From assembly GCA_030704615.1 (NCBI GenBank), contig CM060734.1, positions 48,608,001 through 48,672,000 of the forward strand: a DNA stretch of 64,000 nt, read 5' to 3'. Source of the DNA: Takakia lepidozioides (taxonomy: Eukaryota > Plantae > Bryophyta). The notes below the pieces were generated by a model that searched no databases, had not been told where the DNA came from, and saw only the letters and a program-made list of their open reading frames with translations. The position numbers and the translations under genes were made by a program. Shown here one piece after another: positions 1 through 13,529 of the stretch (position 1 is the stretch's first letter; each line of letters starts with the position of its first letter).

Positions 1-930
1 GAAAAATTAACAGAGCATGTTGGAAGGCGAGAATATGAGTTGCAATATTAAACTGATCTGACCTTGACATGCATCCAGCAAGGTTCTTACGAAATTGGGT
101 CCACTAGCCAGCAAGTTGACCAAGAATTGTTAGCGATAAGAATTTATCTTGATAAAGCTTCTAACAGGTGAGATCTCGTTCTTTTCCCCAACTTACTCAC
201 TTACAGTGGTGTTGTCGACTTTGTTGTTGGTATGCTTTACGTAATTATCTCCCTCGTGAAGTAGGCCTCTCCTTGAAAGGTCGATAGGCATTGCTCCCAT
301 TTCAAGCGCAACATAACATTGAGCAGTCACTAAACATGCAAGGAGCGCCGTGAACAAAGTTCCAGTAAGCGACGCCATGCTGTTCTTCCTCCGTTGGGTT
401 TCTTGGATCAAGTGCACGGAGAAAAGAAATTTCTAGGAACCAAGACGCTCTGGAAGAGTAGTATTGAATTTTAACTCTTTGGACCGTGTCTCTCGCTATC
501 ACGCCCCTTTAGTCTTATACATCAGTGACCCTCGCAAAGAAAGCAAATGCGAGACTAGATTACTTCCCACGCTCAAGAAACTGGATCTAAGCTCGATCTA
601 AGTAACTCAAACTGCCAGGCTGCAGTGACTAGGATGTGAAATGAGAATCTGAGGCCCCAATTTATGCGATCTGATCATAGATCCGTTTCCAGATTCTGCG
701 AAGTGTGTTGAGAGAGTCCATGTTGTCGCCTCCTTGCCGAAGCCACACTTCAGGGAATTGTGTTGTGGTGTGAAATGACAGCTCCGAGAGACAGCGTGAT
801 CTGCTCCACAGCTACGCCGCCCAATGTCGCTACAAGTTTGCTTTGTCGCCCACCACCCGCATATCCTGTTACCAGTAAACCTGCTAGTCACGTTGATAAT
901 AAGAATTTTTTCTAGTATTGTTACTTTCTT
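1..930. repeat. Paralogous block (intron 1, exon 1, upstream region) of 15884-16441
   Basis: Shared strings such as gaaaaattaacag, aactgatctgaccttgacat, aagaatttatcttgataaagctt and gctgcagtgact..gatgtgaaatgag occur in both places. Confidence 0.9.
205..378 (-). CDS. Exon 1 (signal peptide/pro region) of a secreted nepenthesin/CDR1-like aspartic protease; the rest of the gene lies left of the window
   Basis: MASLTGTLFTALLACLVTAQC is signal-peptide-like, with a GTAAGT donor at 204. The intron sequence 1-180 is paralogous to intron 1 of the protease pseudogene at 15884-16080. Confidence 0.7.
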
Positions 931-3584
931 TACTATGTAGTGACTGATTTTATAAGTTCTGCGGTGATACTATTGTATTTTTCTTCCAGGGCAATAGTGG
1001 GGTAAAAAACATGAATTCGAGGGTGCCCAACATCGCCAACGTTGCTGAGGCTACAGTTGCACATACCATGCCTGACTAGTGCTGCCTAAGTTGCGTGCTC
1101 CTTGCTCTTGTTTTAGAACCAGCTCCAAAACGTCCAGAAGATTTGCAGCCATGAGACAAGTTTTTCAAGCCTTACTCGCGAAAAAATCAGAGGACAAAAA
1201 CCCGCTGTTTAAGTGCTACTTCAAAATGGCCCCATGAATCAAACACATCCGTTTGTTTTTTTCTTTCTGACTTTGCCAAGTTCGAAATCATCCCATGGGG
1301 GTAACGAAGTTTCAGAGACTAGGACATCTTCACATGTCACTTGCAAGCCCTCTGGATGTGATATCAATTGTGTATTCGTCAACGGATAAGACAGTTTGTT
1401 TTCTCTGCAAAGTGAAATTCAACAATCTGACTTGACCTGGCTCAACACCGGGTGCATTTACAGTCTTTGTACTCGACCCCTTTTGGAATTAATTGGAGGA
1501 GTCCTTGGACCGAGCCGTTGTGGACGGCGTGCAATGGAGTCCTGCCGAGGTGATCTTGGAGTTGGAAAGAAAGTGCTGCACAAGAGAAGGTTCAGCTAGC
1601 ACTCTTTACCATGTCGACTAGCTATACTCCGCCTAATAGTCACAGATTCTCTTGGAACGAAGCTGTACTTGTACATGCACCACAACTGCATTTTCAACAA
1701 TCTCACTTGACCAGTTAGCATTTTCTCGGGGGTTATCCAGCTGAGGGAGGACGCTCTTTCATGATGGTTTGAGAAGGTGATTACTTTGACTGCAGAGATT
1801 ATTAAGAGCAATCTCAATTGATGCTGCTGCTGCAAATATTGTCCGGGTGACAGCAGCACTCGTAGCCCCAGCCTCTTTCGTGGGGCCATTGCTTGACCAG
1901 TTATGAATCCGACGTGATGTCCTTGGCTCACGAAAATCTCTCAGCACTTGATCGAATCTTGTGATAGTTTGTCATTTTACTTTGCCGTGGTATGTATCAT
2001 GTTCACTAAGAATCAGTCACCTCCACTGCAACTCCCACAACAACCAACCGAGAGAGATGGAGTTGTAGAGCAGTCGTAGAGCTTTAACATTCGATTGGAG
2101 GACTTGTGTGTCTGGGGGTTGTGAGCATATTCGCTTTCCGATCAATCACGCTTATTGCTATATGAGAATAATAATTAGTGTGTGACGACACTGATAGACT
2201 TTGAAATACCGAGTCTTGTATCATAAACTTGTGGAAGTGAGCCGGGAGGGTGGGGAAGGATAGAAGGACCCGAACATGGTAAAGCCCCACCTCACAGACA
2301 GAAATGTGTATGGGCTACTCCCTCAACGCAACTACTAGGTATCTCACTACCTCTACTGAGTACAGTACACTGCACTTTCTCACCATAATTTCCGAATTCT
2401 GTGTTTGATGAAAATCTGCCACGGTTCAAATGTTCAAATGTGGTCTTGCAAACAAGAATTGCAGAAAAAAGAAACAAAACGCAACAAAGAACATGAGCAG
2501 TGCCGTACCAGATCAGCTCTCAAGAGATATTGAAGTTCCTAACAAGGTGTGAAAACATCTGGGTGCCCATTTATATTCTCAAAACGCAGTACCTCTCATG
2601 GCGAGGTCTTCACCATCACACTCTATCCAAGAGGAGCTTGAAAATTGAATGACTTCAACATGCATAGTTTCTTAAGCTCTAGGTAGTAGAGTTTGTACTG
2701 AATTTTCATGCACAGGGATAGAAATGAAATGTTAGAGGTGACCAGGATCACCAAGAAACAATTTGAGTACTTTTTAACAAAACAAAAGAAAAGGGATTTG
2801 ATTTCCAGTTTATACAAAGAAACCAGGTGATCACTGACCTTAGGAATTACTAAACAGTTTCAAGGCTTGCTGCTCTGGTGTGAACACGTCACATTGCCAT
2901 GCAAATTTACTCACCCTCATACTCTACAAGAATGTGAAGTGGCGTAGCACCCAATTTCTGCCGACCCTGCAGCCGACAACTTCATTCTCAGCGAACAGCT
3001 CCTTCATGCTCCAGGTAAGGAGACCGAGTTGCAAGGGCTGCTGCATTGCAATGTTTTCTGGTGCTGTGTCTGAGGGAGGAAGCAAGGTGAAGAGGATTTC
3101 TAGTAAGGTTAAATTACGTGCTCTGTTGTCCTTATCTCCTTAAAACAAGAAAATATTAGAAAAATAATTTTTGGGATGGAGATAGACTGCAGGAAGATGG
3201 AATGAGGCCTCAATGCCCAGAAGTGGTTCAGGCTGCCCAGAAGTTTGCATGAACCCTCTTATTCGAATTCATAATTGCCAGGTAACCAGTGACTTACTTT
3301 GAGGTCGGAGAGCTCAATCACGCACGCACATTCCACAATCTGCACTAAACTTTTTCTGTCGAGTCACAACGCCTCACATTCAGTTCCAAAAGAGCATTTG
3401 AGGTGATGAGTGTTCATTGCTGGTCCCTACTGGTCCATAGTGCTTTGCTTTGAGAAATTTGTCAAACTCCATGAACCTCTCTCAACAACAAGTGTGTCAT
3501 CTCTTCCTGGGGAATGCTAACGGTTGGTCGTTCCCAATGTCCACCAGGGAAAGGCCAACAACTAGTTCTTTCCCTCTCCATGTT

Positions 3585-3657
3585 TTCTCTCTCCTCCTCT
3601 CTCTCTCTCTCCTCCTCTCCCTCTCTCTCTCCTCCCCTCCCTCTCTCTCTCCTCCTA
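3585..3657 (+). repeat. (CT)n-rich microsatellite
   Basis: Pyrimidine-only run abutting the 5' end of the LINE. Confidence 0.95.
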
Positions 3658-5754
3658 TGATTCAAAACAGCCCTGATGAACTGGAGTATATTTCAATGGC
3701 TTATAATGCTCCCATTAGTTCTTCTGAGATTGTGGAAGCAATTGAACATTTAAATGGATATAAAGCTGGTGGACCTGATGGTATTGTCAACGAGCTTATC
3801 AAGCACGGTGGCGATCCCATGATAGAGGCCCTAGTTCTCCTCTTTAACCTTATCTGGAAGACTGAAATGATCCCCTTTCGCTGGCGACAGGGGGTCATTG
3901 TCAATCTATACAAGAAGGGTGACAGAGAAGAACCGGGGAACTACCGTGGCATCACGCTCCTCAATGCTGTTGGCAAGACATTCTGCAGAGTTATAAGTAC
4001 TCGTCTCGAGTTGATCTGGAGTCTAGAGGTTGTTTCCACGAAGGCCAAGCTGGCTTTCGGCGAAACAGGGGCTGTGTGGATCATATCTTCACTCTAAGCC
4101 AGATTATCCAGGGAAGGAAAAAAGAAGGGAAACCCACTTATGTCTTTTTCCTGGATGTCAAAAAGGCTTATGACACAGTGTGGAGAGATGGCCTATGGTT
4201 CCGCCTCTGGTCTTGTGGGATCAAGGGAAAGATGTGGAGAGTTGTCCACAACTTGTATGCTCACACCAAAAGCTGTGTCACTGTTAACGGACAGAAGTCC
4301 AACTTCTTTGACATAGACCAAGGTGTAGCTCAAGGATGTACTATCAACTCCTCGAGGATGTGGAAAGTGAGGGATTTGGGTTAAGGGTGGGTGATACCAC
4401 CATACCAGCCCTTATGTTTGCGGATGACTTCGCAGGCATAGGGGAGACTCCAACCAATCTCCAGGAGTTGATTGATTGCGCGAAGAGATACTTTGATCTT
4501 TGGGGGCTAGAGGCTAATGTCAGCAAATGTGCAGTGGTAGCATTCAACGACAGAGGAGAGGGAGGAAGTGATCTTAAGTGGCAGTGGGGTAGCCAAGAGA
4601 TCCCGGTCCTCCCTTCCTACACTTACCTGGGCGTTGAGTTCTCCTCCAATTGTAATTGGGATGCACATATCCGGAAAGTTGTTCAAACTGGCAAGGGCAA
4701 AGCTCTGGGGCTCACTAAATTTTTCCACTGCAGAGGGGTCAACTCTGAGGTTAAGAAAACCATGCTTTGTCGCGTTATTAGACCTGCCTTGGAGTACGGA
4801 TCTGCTATATGGGTTGATAACTCCAACCAGGCTAAGTCTCTAGAATCCATTCAAGTGGGGGTGCTTAAGGAGTGTATGTCAGCATGCTCCAAAACAGCCA
4901 ATGTGGCTGTTCGGGGTGAGTTTGGCATTCCGTCCTTAAGCTCCGGACGAGATGAATTCAAGGTCAGATGGTGGGGTCAGCTGCAACATATGCCCAACAC
5001 CAGATATCCTAAGTTAATCGACTCTATATCTTGGAAACAGGACCGCCCTGTCAAACAGGCTAAGTCCTGGCAGAAGAGAGTAGAAGAGATCCTCAAGGAC
5101 CTGGATCCGCAAGTCTTGACCCTGCTGGATAAATCTGACTTAGAGGCTGTAGTGTCCTCAGCCATGTCTGTTGCCATGAGATTGTCTGATGAAAATGAAG
5201 TTAGGCAGAAAACTTCCCTGAACTTGTTTCCAGTCTGTGACATGGGGGAGGACATCTTGGATGACCTCAAGGGTCTACCCACTCTCAGCACTAGACTGAA
5301 ATTTAAACTCAGGGCAGGAAGCCTACCTTTGAACAGCAAACAGAAGCAGAGAGGAAAGGGAGAGTGCAATTGCCCGTTGTGTGGGCAATCTGAAGACAGT
5401 ATTCATTTTCTGATACACTGTCCGGGGTTCTCTCACCAAAGAGACGCTCTCTTCAAATCTATTAAGGGAATTGTGCCTGTACCCCTGTTTACCAACTTTG
5501 AAAGTCTCGAGGCTGAGCCAAAAGCCCAGGCCCTCCTGAGGCCTAGTTTTTGGGCAAATCACACACAGCAGATTGATGCTTGTGTGAAGGGATTTCTAGA
5601 GGATATCTGGAAAACCCGGATTAATTCTTTATATGGAGGTAAGTCTTACTACCAACGTCAGCCCCTGACAGAGGTAGGTTCTGTCCCTTTTGTTCCCGCT
5701 CAAACTGGGCGCGGGGTCAATGGCCACAAGGCTACGGCAAACAACGTCTTATGA
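3658..5754 (+). mobile_element. 5'-truncated non-LTR retrotransposon (LINE) ORF2: RT plus C-terminal CCHC finger, frameshifted
   Basis: KAGGPDGIVNELIK, PGNYRGITLL, FLDVKKAYDTV, GVAQGC, FADD, YTYLGV and CPLCGQSEDSIHFLIHC are spread over three frames. No endonuclease domain is present. Confidence 0.95.
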
Positions 5755-6369
5755 GTACAATCTCTCTGGCAGTGCAATCACAGCCACATGTGCGACATCT
5801 GGGTCACATTGGGGGTTCCAGCAGCAGGCTGCAGTCAACTCGGGGTATACCGATGCTGGAAAATCCAGGCTTCGACATTGACAACACTTCCTTGCAACTG
5901 GATTGTTGTCAGCAAAGTGAGCACTGTGTGGTAAGTTCATGCTATAGCTGTCTTGTACCATAGTGAGCTTAAACCCCACATCCTGCTCCTGGAGGGCAGT
6001 ATCCTGCGAGAATTCGAGCGGATCACTCCGCGCCATGCTCTGCACCATTAAAGGCTGAGCGACGAGTGGCTATCTCTCTACGCACTGTCGTGTCACAAGG
6101 AAAGTTTGAGTGACCACCCCAGTGTTCACGCCATCACGCATGCCACTGCGCCCTCCTCTTTCAGGACAAGGGCCTACCATGGCATTAAACCTGTTCGCCC
6201 TAGTCTCAACTTCAACTGCTTTTACATATGCAGATGTGCATTGCTTCATCCAGGGAAAGAACAGATCATCTCTTTGTTGCAAGAAAGGTCTACCTGGCTA
6301 CTCCTCTTGCATGGAGGACGACTGGACTTGCAATTGATATTGGTTTCAATGGATTCCGTGGGATTTGGC

Positions 6370-7500
6370 AGGCAATCAGAGCCATAACTTGGCCAGCAGG
6401 ATCTTCCCACCTTTATACCAGTGGGAAAGATGAAGTACATATGTGGGACTGCAGCACGGGCATGGTAAGCATTAAGCACGACATATTCACTTTCATCCCG
6501 TCTTTGTTTCTTGTTCAACCAATGAAGATAGGGTAAGATAGGCCTCTATCAAAGACCTGGGGTGTTTGTTGGCTTTATTGTACCAGTGTGGTGCAGATGG
6601 GAGGAGATGTTGGTGGTTTGCTAAGTGCACCTGGATGGTTGTTTATTGGCCTCATCAATGAGGTGAAGGTAAATTCTTAGTCCGTATGTATCATGGACCC
6701 TCCAGCCGGTTTCAAATTTCATATCTATTAACACTGAGGCACCAGGGTGGACAGCCATGGAATCTGCAGACATCAGCACAGCATGCTTTTTGCTGGCACT
6801 CAAGTAAGCTGCCTATTTCTCATCTCTCTCTAGAGGCAATTTGTGTCTGTCTGTGTATGATGGTCAAAGCTCATGGGGAGCAATAAATATGCAAATGTTT
6901 CCTTCTCCTTTTTTCTCTGCTCACCCCTTTGGTGATGTATTGGTCAGGATGGGAATATCTTGGAGTGGAGATTCAGCCCTGCCAGAAACTCATTTGAGGC
7001 AGAGGTATCTTTGTCTGGCCACACTGGCCCTGTGATGACGCTGCTTGTCAAGGACAGCCGCTTATACTCGGGTTCACAGACAAATCAATCCGGGTATATG
7101 TCTAAACTACACACTGAGTTGAAGGTTTCCCGTTATATCTGGTGGGTTGTTGCAGTTCTTCACCATCTGTAGATCACCATAGAACCTTGTAATGTGGGAT
7201 GGCAGGTTTGGGATGCATCCAGAAGAGCATGCCTACAAAGGCTTCAAAGCCATGAGGATGTGGTGATGGACCTCCTCTTCTGGGAGCAGTTCCTTCTGTC
7301 CTGCTATGGGACGATTAAGGTATGTGAGAAAAGCATTATTATTGGGTTGCCTCTTGAAAAGTGCCTCTGTAGATGTTGTCCAAATACTCACCATGTTGAG
7401 AAGCACGTGTTATGTTTGATGGTGAAAGCTTCATTTAGTTGGATTCCATGGGCTGTTGCAGGTGTGGGCGCCAAATGTTGTTGGTCAATTCGAACCAACC
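6370..7500 (+). pseudogene. WD40 exons of a CCCH-zinc-finger/WD40 (ZFWD-family) gene, degraded
   Basis: Exons flanked by GT/AG introns encode AITWPAGSSHLYTSGKDE.VHMWDCSTG, GWLFIGLINEVK, SLSGHTGPVMTLLVKDSRLYSGS and HEDVVMDLLFWEQFLLSC. Frameshifts and deletions are present. Confidence 0.8.
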
Positions 7501-8399
7501 TTTACGTTATGCTTGCGTTGACGCAAGCCTGATACTGAGGGCTCGCAGGCACCCAGATTTCAGTTGTAACCACTGGTCATTCTATTGAAAGCTGTTGTGA
7601 CGATGACAGTGGATATAGTTCTTGCGAAGTAGTGCTTGCATGTCCATTGTCCATTGTTCATGGTTTGGAAATGCTCACACCTGTATCTTATGTTTCATGT
7701 GGCGAGCAGAATAAGAGGAGGAAGGGCAAAGAACCTGTCGTGGCGGCTGCCGTCCAGACAGAGGTTCAGGACACGGATTTGGATTACAAGGGCAGAGCCA
7801 TCAAGATTACAACGATGCAACGGCGTGAGCCCCCCGCGTGAGCGTGTGAGCGGTCCATGATGGTTATGGAGGCAAACATTATGATACCTCTGTGCAGTGT
7901 TCGCCCTGCCCTGACGTGGGGATATCAGGAAGCTCCAGGGAGATTTTGTGCACGGGTATGTGTTCACTTTTTTGAGTCGATTGCAACTTTTTGACTATTG
8001 GCGTTACCAGTGAAATCCGTCGAGTCGATTCAGTCACCTAGTTAAATAGGTTTCACTGGTCCTGACACAGTGAAAACAGTATACCATAGTACCTTGGCAA
8101 CTTCGACACAAATTTTAATATTTTAAAAATTGTTGAAATTTTTGGAAATTGATTTTGTGAAATTAAGGAACTTTGTGAATGATAATAAAGCATATTTAAG
8201 AATATTCCATATGTTGAAATGAAATTCTCAAAATAAAATAAATATTCGACATATGATTGTTGATTACTACGGTATTGTGGTGGAACCCACCCTCTCGATC
8301 CAAGGAGGTATGACTTGTAGTAAAGTGATTTAATTACAGTATGACGTGGATGCGACGTGGACAAGATGTGTAGTAAAGTGGTTTAACTGCGTTCTGAAT

Positions 8400-11020
8400 A
8401 CTGCCACTGATGAACATGTATGCTAAATGTGGGAGCATCCAGGATGCAAAGGGAGTGTTCAACAGTGAACAAAATGTGTCCTAGAGTGTTAGGATTGTAG
8501 GATATGCGCGGCATGGGTGTGGGATGGAGGCTTTGGAGACCTATGAGCAAATGATGCGGGAAGGGGTGAAGCCCAACCAGGTCACGTTCATTGCGTTTGC
8601 GATGCGTGTGCGAGCCTGGCAGCCCTGGAAAAAGGCAAACGGATCCATGCTAACATCATGAAAGCTGGAATTCTACCAGGTGTCATTCTGGATACTGCCC
8701 TGGTAGACATGTATGCCAAATGTGGGAGCATCAAAGATGCAAAGGGAGTCTTTGACAAAATGGCTGAACAAAATGTGGTGTCATTTAGTGCGATGATCGC
8801 AGGATATGCCCAACCTGGGTTTGGAATGGAGGCTTTGGAGACCTATGAGCAGATGATGCGGGATGGGGTGAAGCCCAACCAGGTCACGTTTGGTTGCATT
8901 TGCAATGTGTGTGCGAGCTTGGTAGCCCTGGAAAAAGGCAAAGAGGTCCACGCTGACGTCTTGAGAACTGGAATTGTATCAGATACCAGGCTGAACAGTA
9001 CCCTTGTGGCCATGTATGTGAAATGTGGGAGCATTGAAGATGCAAATGGAGTGTTCGAATGACACTATGGCTGAACGAAATTTGGTGTCCTGGAATGTGA
9101 TGATCACATGATATGCCCAGCATGGGTGCTGGAGGAGACTTTGGGGACCTATGAGCAAATGATTTGGGAAGGGGCGAAGCCTGACCAGGTCACATTTGAT
9201 TTTGCTTGCAATGCTTGTGCCTGCCTGGCAGCTCTCGGAAAGAGCAAAGAAGTCCATGTTGACATCATGAAAGCTGGAATTGTACCAGATGTCATTCTAG
9301 ACACTGTCCTTATGGACATGTATGCTAGATGCGGGAGTGTCAAGGATGCAAAGGGAGTGTTTGACAAAATGGCTGAACGAAATGTGGTTTCATGGAGTAC
9401 AATGATTGCAGGATATGCCCAACATGGTTCTCGTAGGGAAGCCCTGCAACTATTTGAAGGTATGCAAAAGGAAGGCTTCAAGCTAAATGGTATCACCTTT
9501 TTAAGTGTTCTACAAGCATGTAGCCATGGGGGCCTAGTGGATGAAGGCAGACACTACTTCGATTCTCTGAGTCGAGATCATGGCCTCAATCTTATAGTGG
9601 AGCACTTCGGCTGCATGGTGGACCTTATTGGCCGTGCAGGGCTGAAACATTGGAAGCGGCAGCAGTGCACAAGCTCCTTTCTGCAATAAATCCCTATGGA
9701 ACCAGGATGGAGTACTACAATCCTTGGATCCCTGGTCTGGTTGCAAAGATTCAAAGACTGGCTGTCGAAGCCCAGGAGAGGCGAAAAATACACCAGATTA
9801 TTGATGATGTAACTTTTATTTGAAGTTAATCAAGAGCTTGATGTCAGAAATGGCTACTTCTTCCTCATTGTTTTTGAACTGTTCTGTCTTGTCAGAGATA
9901 TTCTTGGCCTGATGGTCAGAGTCAAACAATGCTATATAACCTACCCTAATTGTTTCAACTGACAGGAAGAGAAGGCTATGAGGACAGTGCTCGAGAAGTT
10001 ATACCGAGTACTGATTGGACCTGTCAAAGATGAGCTTGATACACTACTCAAACCTGAGGACACCCTCGTGTTCGTGCCACATGAGGTACAATAGTAAATG
10101 TATGGTTTGCCTATTAGGGTTCAAGTGAGCTGTGAGATGCATGTTGCAACAAGAGAAATAGAGGTTTTGTACGTCGATATACCTGTGGAGCTGTATTGAT
10201 GTTCTATGAATCTTCATGTCCTTATTTCTACAAACGTCTACAAACAACCATTGCTGGACGAGGATTGACTGTGGTGTACTCAGGCCGAGTTGGTGTAGGG
10301 CCTTGAGACAACAGGCCTTCATTTCTCCCTAGAGCACGATCCTATTGTGGGTGGAATAGTGGAGAATAATCTAGGCATAACTTTATAATTAATACTCAGC
10401 AGTGCAGACGCTGGTCTAATGTTGCCCCCCAAAAACAGCAAGAATGAGAGATCAAACTCATCTTCAAGTAGAGGTGCTAATGTTGCTAAAGGAGAAAGCA
10501 ACGTACTCGAAGACAGCCCTATAGCCTTGCAGCCCATGTTGCTAAAGGCATTGGTATTACTTAGCAGTTAGATTGTTCATCACTGGCTACATTCTATGGA
10601 ACATAAGAGCATTCTGGCAACAATCAAGTTATAGTTACACCGATGTAGTGGGCAAAAGTATGAGCACGAAGTTTGCAAATCGATGAAAACCCCTAAATCT
10701 GAGGCTGAGGACTTCAATAACGAAATGCCAGTCCAACCAAAATTTGTGGTGGTGTGGAAAGCCTTGCTTGGTGCCTGCAGAATTCATGGCAAAGTGGACG
10801 TGGCAGAACGAGCGGCAAAATTTATTCTTAGATAGGATCGACAGGATGTTACTACTAATGTGCTGCTATCAAATATTTATGCCGCAGATGGCAGGTGGGA
10901 TGATACTGCAAAGGTAAGAACAATGATGAAAATCAGAGGTGTCTGAAAGCAACCAGGTTCCTACTACATGGAGATCGGCAACCGGGTCCACAATTTTGTG
11001 GTACATGACAAACTGCATCA
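8400..11020 (+). pseudogene. PLS-class PPR gene with E1/E2 motifs and a PG-box, carrying stops, frameshifts and a ~1.05 kb insertion (9642-10700)
   Basis: Repeated TALVDMYAKCGS..DA..VFD.M.ERNVVSW, TFLSVLQACSHGGLVDEG and EHFGCMVDLIGRAG. After the insertion come MPVQP..VWKALLGACRIHG, LLSNIYAADGRWDD and KQPGSYYMEIGNRVHNFVV. No DYW triplet is seen. Confidence 0.92.
9966..10084 (+). pseudogene. Isolated exon resembling the N-terminal part of a CHAT domain
   Basis: An AG...GT-bounded exon encodes VLEKLYRVLIGPVKDELDTLLKPEDTLVFVPHE, which matches the CHAT pattern L..LY..LI.P...L...L.(I/F)VPH. Confidence 0.55.
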
Positions 11021-11789
11021 AGAGCTACCCAGCAATTAAACCCAGGGCTCAGCCTTGAGGAAGGCCTGCCTTGAGATTTTGAAAGTTGGTGAACTGAGCT
11101 CTTGAGAGGGATTTTACATTGCCTACACCAACATAGTGTTGGATGACTGAGATTGGGCTGACTAAGAAAACTGAGATTGGGCTTGGCCTGGCTGTAGTCA
11201 CATCTTTCCCCTCCCTCAGCCACATGACAGAGTCATCCTCTATGTTGACAGAGGAAGCCTAAACTTTCGCGAGGCAAGACAATAAAATATGCACATTGAA
11301 AGGTTGAATGTGCATGGTCAATCCATTGACACATTGACCACATGTGGATTACCCACAATGACCACAATGACCACAATGACCACATTTTGTATCCGGTGCA
11401 ATGATTTCTCTCTACTACGTGTTTCTTTTATCTTTTTTGAGGTTTGAGAAGGGATAACAATGCTGCCTCTCTGCCAAGCTCAGCATGGAAGACATTCCCA
11501 AAAGGTTGATATTTTTAAAGGAGCTTTCATAGCTTTCATAGCCCAATTATTTCTCAAAATGGATTGTGTGATCACCAAAGTGAAGATCCTCAAAATGTTC
11601 TTGGAGTGCTTTTTCAAACGATCAACTTGTTCTTATAGATATTCTTGCACCTGAGACTACACTCTTAGTAATATACAGATTCCTGACTCTCAATGGTCTA
11701 GTCTCACCAGAATGCAACAGTGGTTTGAGCCAAGAAAGATCACCATGCTTCAGGGTCTTCATCTTTGCTGTCGTTGAAGCTTGAAGGAA

Positions 11790-13285
11790 TCCAGCAGGGG
11801 TTGGATGTACCAGTATAGAGAAATGAATGCATAGAACACAACATGGTAGAATACAGCCATGCATAAGAGAATAACCACATCTTTCCACTTTCCAGGATGC
11901 TCCAATTTCTACATTGCGCCTGGAAGTTGGAGACTGTTGTCAAGATCCGTTAAGCCCCTAAATTCGGTCTCAAACATGCCCTATCAAATCCAAAATGGCA
12001 TCCATGTGGATAGTGAAAATTTTGTGGGTTTCTCTCTGCAACATGGGTATGCTTGAAATTCAGTTCTTTCTATTCTCACACCTCTTTTCCTCTTTTTGCC
12101 CAAACCAAACTGGGGATAGAGTCAATCAACATACTTACAAAAAGCATTGCATGCTGAAGGATGAAACACAACCCAGACCACCAGAATAGAGCTAAGCCCT
12201 TCATAGTATATCTAGAAAAGCAGAGCATAAGATGGAGCTAATAGTTACCCGAATAGAATATGTGTGGAAGGAGATGTATGACACTCGATATGTCCAAATA
12301 GGCCTTGGAATGTCGTGAGCAAGTCGGAACTAGCCCCCAACTAGCAGAAATATGCTATGCAATGTCCATTTAGAAATTGTGTTGGTATTTGTAGAGGTTA
12401 TGCCAAAACTTGAAGACTACCGCACACAGATTTACATATTTAACTGTGGTGAGCTTTTTGTTCAGATCATGTTCTGAGCACAATAGAAATGATCTGCCAA
12501 AAAATTTCAACATATGGCTTATGTTGTAACGATGATGTCCCCTACTACAGATGTGCAAGCAACACTTGAGATCTGGTAATTGAAATTCAATGCTTGTTCT
12601 ATGGCGAAGACACTGGCAGGATGCATACCTGAAATCCAGTTTCGACAACCATGGCCACAAAATAGTTTGGAACTATAGCTGCATCGCCATCATTAAGCTC
12701 TCAACTACCAGCAGACTGAAGGAAGAAGAGAATACAAACGAAATACATGAAGTGTCCAAATCCTGCATGCAGCTCCACGAGGAAGTACACAATGCATGAG
12801 GACACCAAAAGGAAAGGCAGGCGGAATAGCAAGGTCCCGAGTGCGTATGAAGATATTCCATAGTGTGGATTTCGTCTCTCACGCACAAAACCTGCACATG
12901 GATAAAGATTTTGATTATTGTTCCAGAATTATAGGCTTGAAGACGTTCAAGTTTCCAGAGGTTCACGTTGATTTCTAAAGCGAGAGTGAGCTTGAAAAAT
13001 GCCTTGCTAGGTTCCATGCCTGAGGGTCTACAGCAATGTTTGAGCACAAAAATGACACACATTCTCTTTGGATCTTATGGAATTCAAGATTGCTTATTGA
13101 AATTTGTCAGTTAAAGAAAGTGCCGTGAAGATGGTGGCTAAACAGTATGTAAGATCTATCGTTGTTGCTGAAGTCATATGGTTGAGAGAATGAACCTGCG
13201 TTTCCTGATAACACAACGGGGAAGAAGCTATGGCCAAAAACATCAAGGCCTCTAGTACAAAAAATAGACAAGAGGACCTAGTCTG
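11790..13285 (-). pseudogene. 3' (transmembrane) exons of an ABCG half-transporter, ABCG11/WBC-like
   Basis: Four exons: TRSSCLFFV..; VFVRERRNPHYG...VVESLMMA..IVPNY; FRLAHDIPRPIWTY.VSYISFHTY; GMFETEFRGL...KWKDVVILLCMAVFY. Stops and frameshifts are present, and there are no nucleotide-binding-domain exons. Confidence 0.85.
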
Positions 13286-13529
13286 CATCATGAACCAAAT
13301 GAGAGTCAGTTTCAGGAAACTTCCAAAAACCCCCCTCATCGGTCGTGTCCATAAAATAATACTAGATTTCAAATTTCAGATTTCAAATTCGAACATGTGT
13401 AGCCATGTGTAACCATGCATCTGGTGGCTTCACTCCCACTATGGTCATCATGTTAGGATCATGACCACATGTGACATCTGCAATGTATGGGTGTATGTTT
13501 GACATGATTCATGTGTTGCGGTGACTTCT

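Noticed and set aside
3450-3657. Hydrophobic N-terminus on the LINE ORF
   Set aside because: Translation of the CT microsatellite from a non-ATG start.
8000-8045. Helitron 3' end (CTAG) here or at 13527
   Set aside because: No convincing subterminal hairpin or A/T target context.
10940-11100. Complete DYW deaminase domain
   Set aside because: Homology ends just after the PG-box, with no HxE/CxxC or DYW motif.
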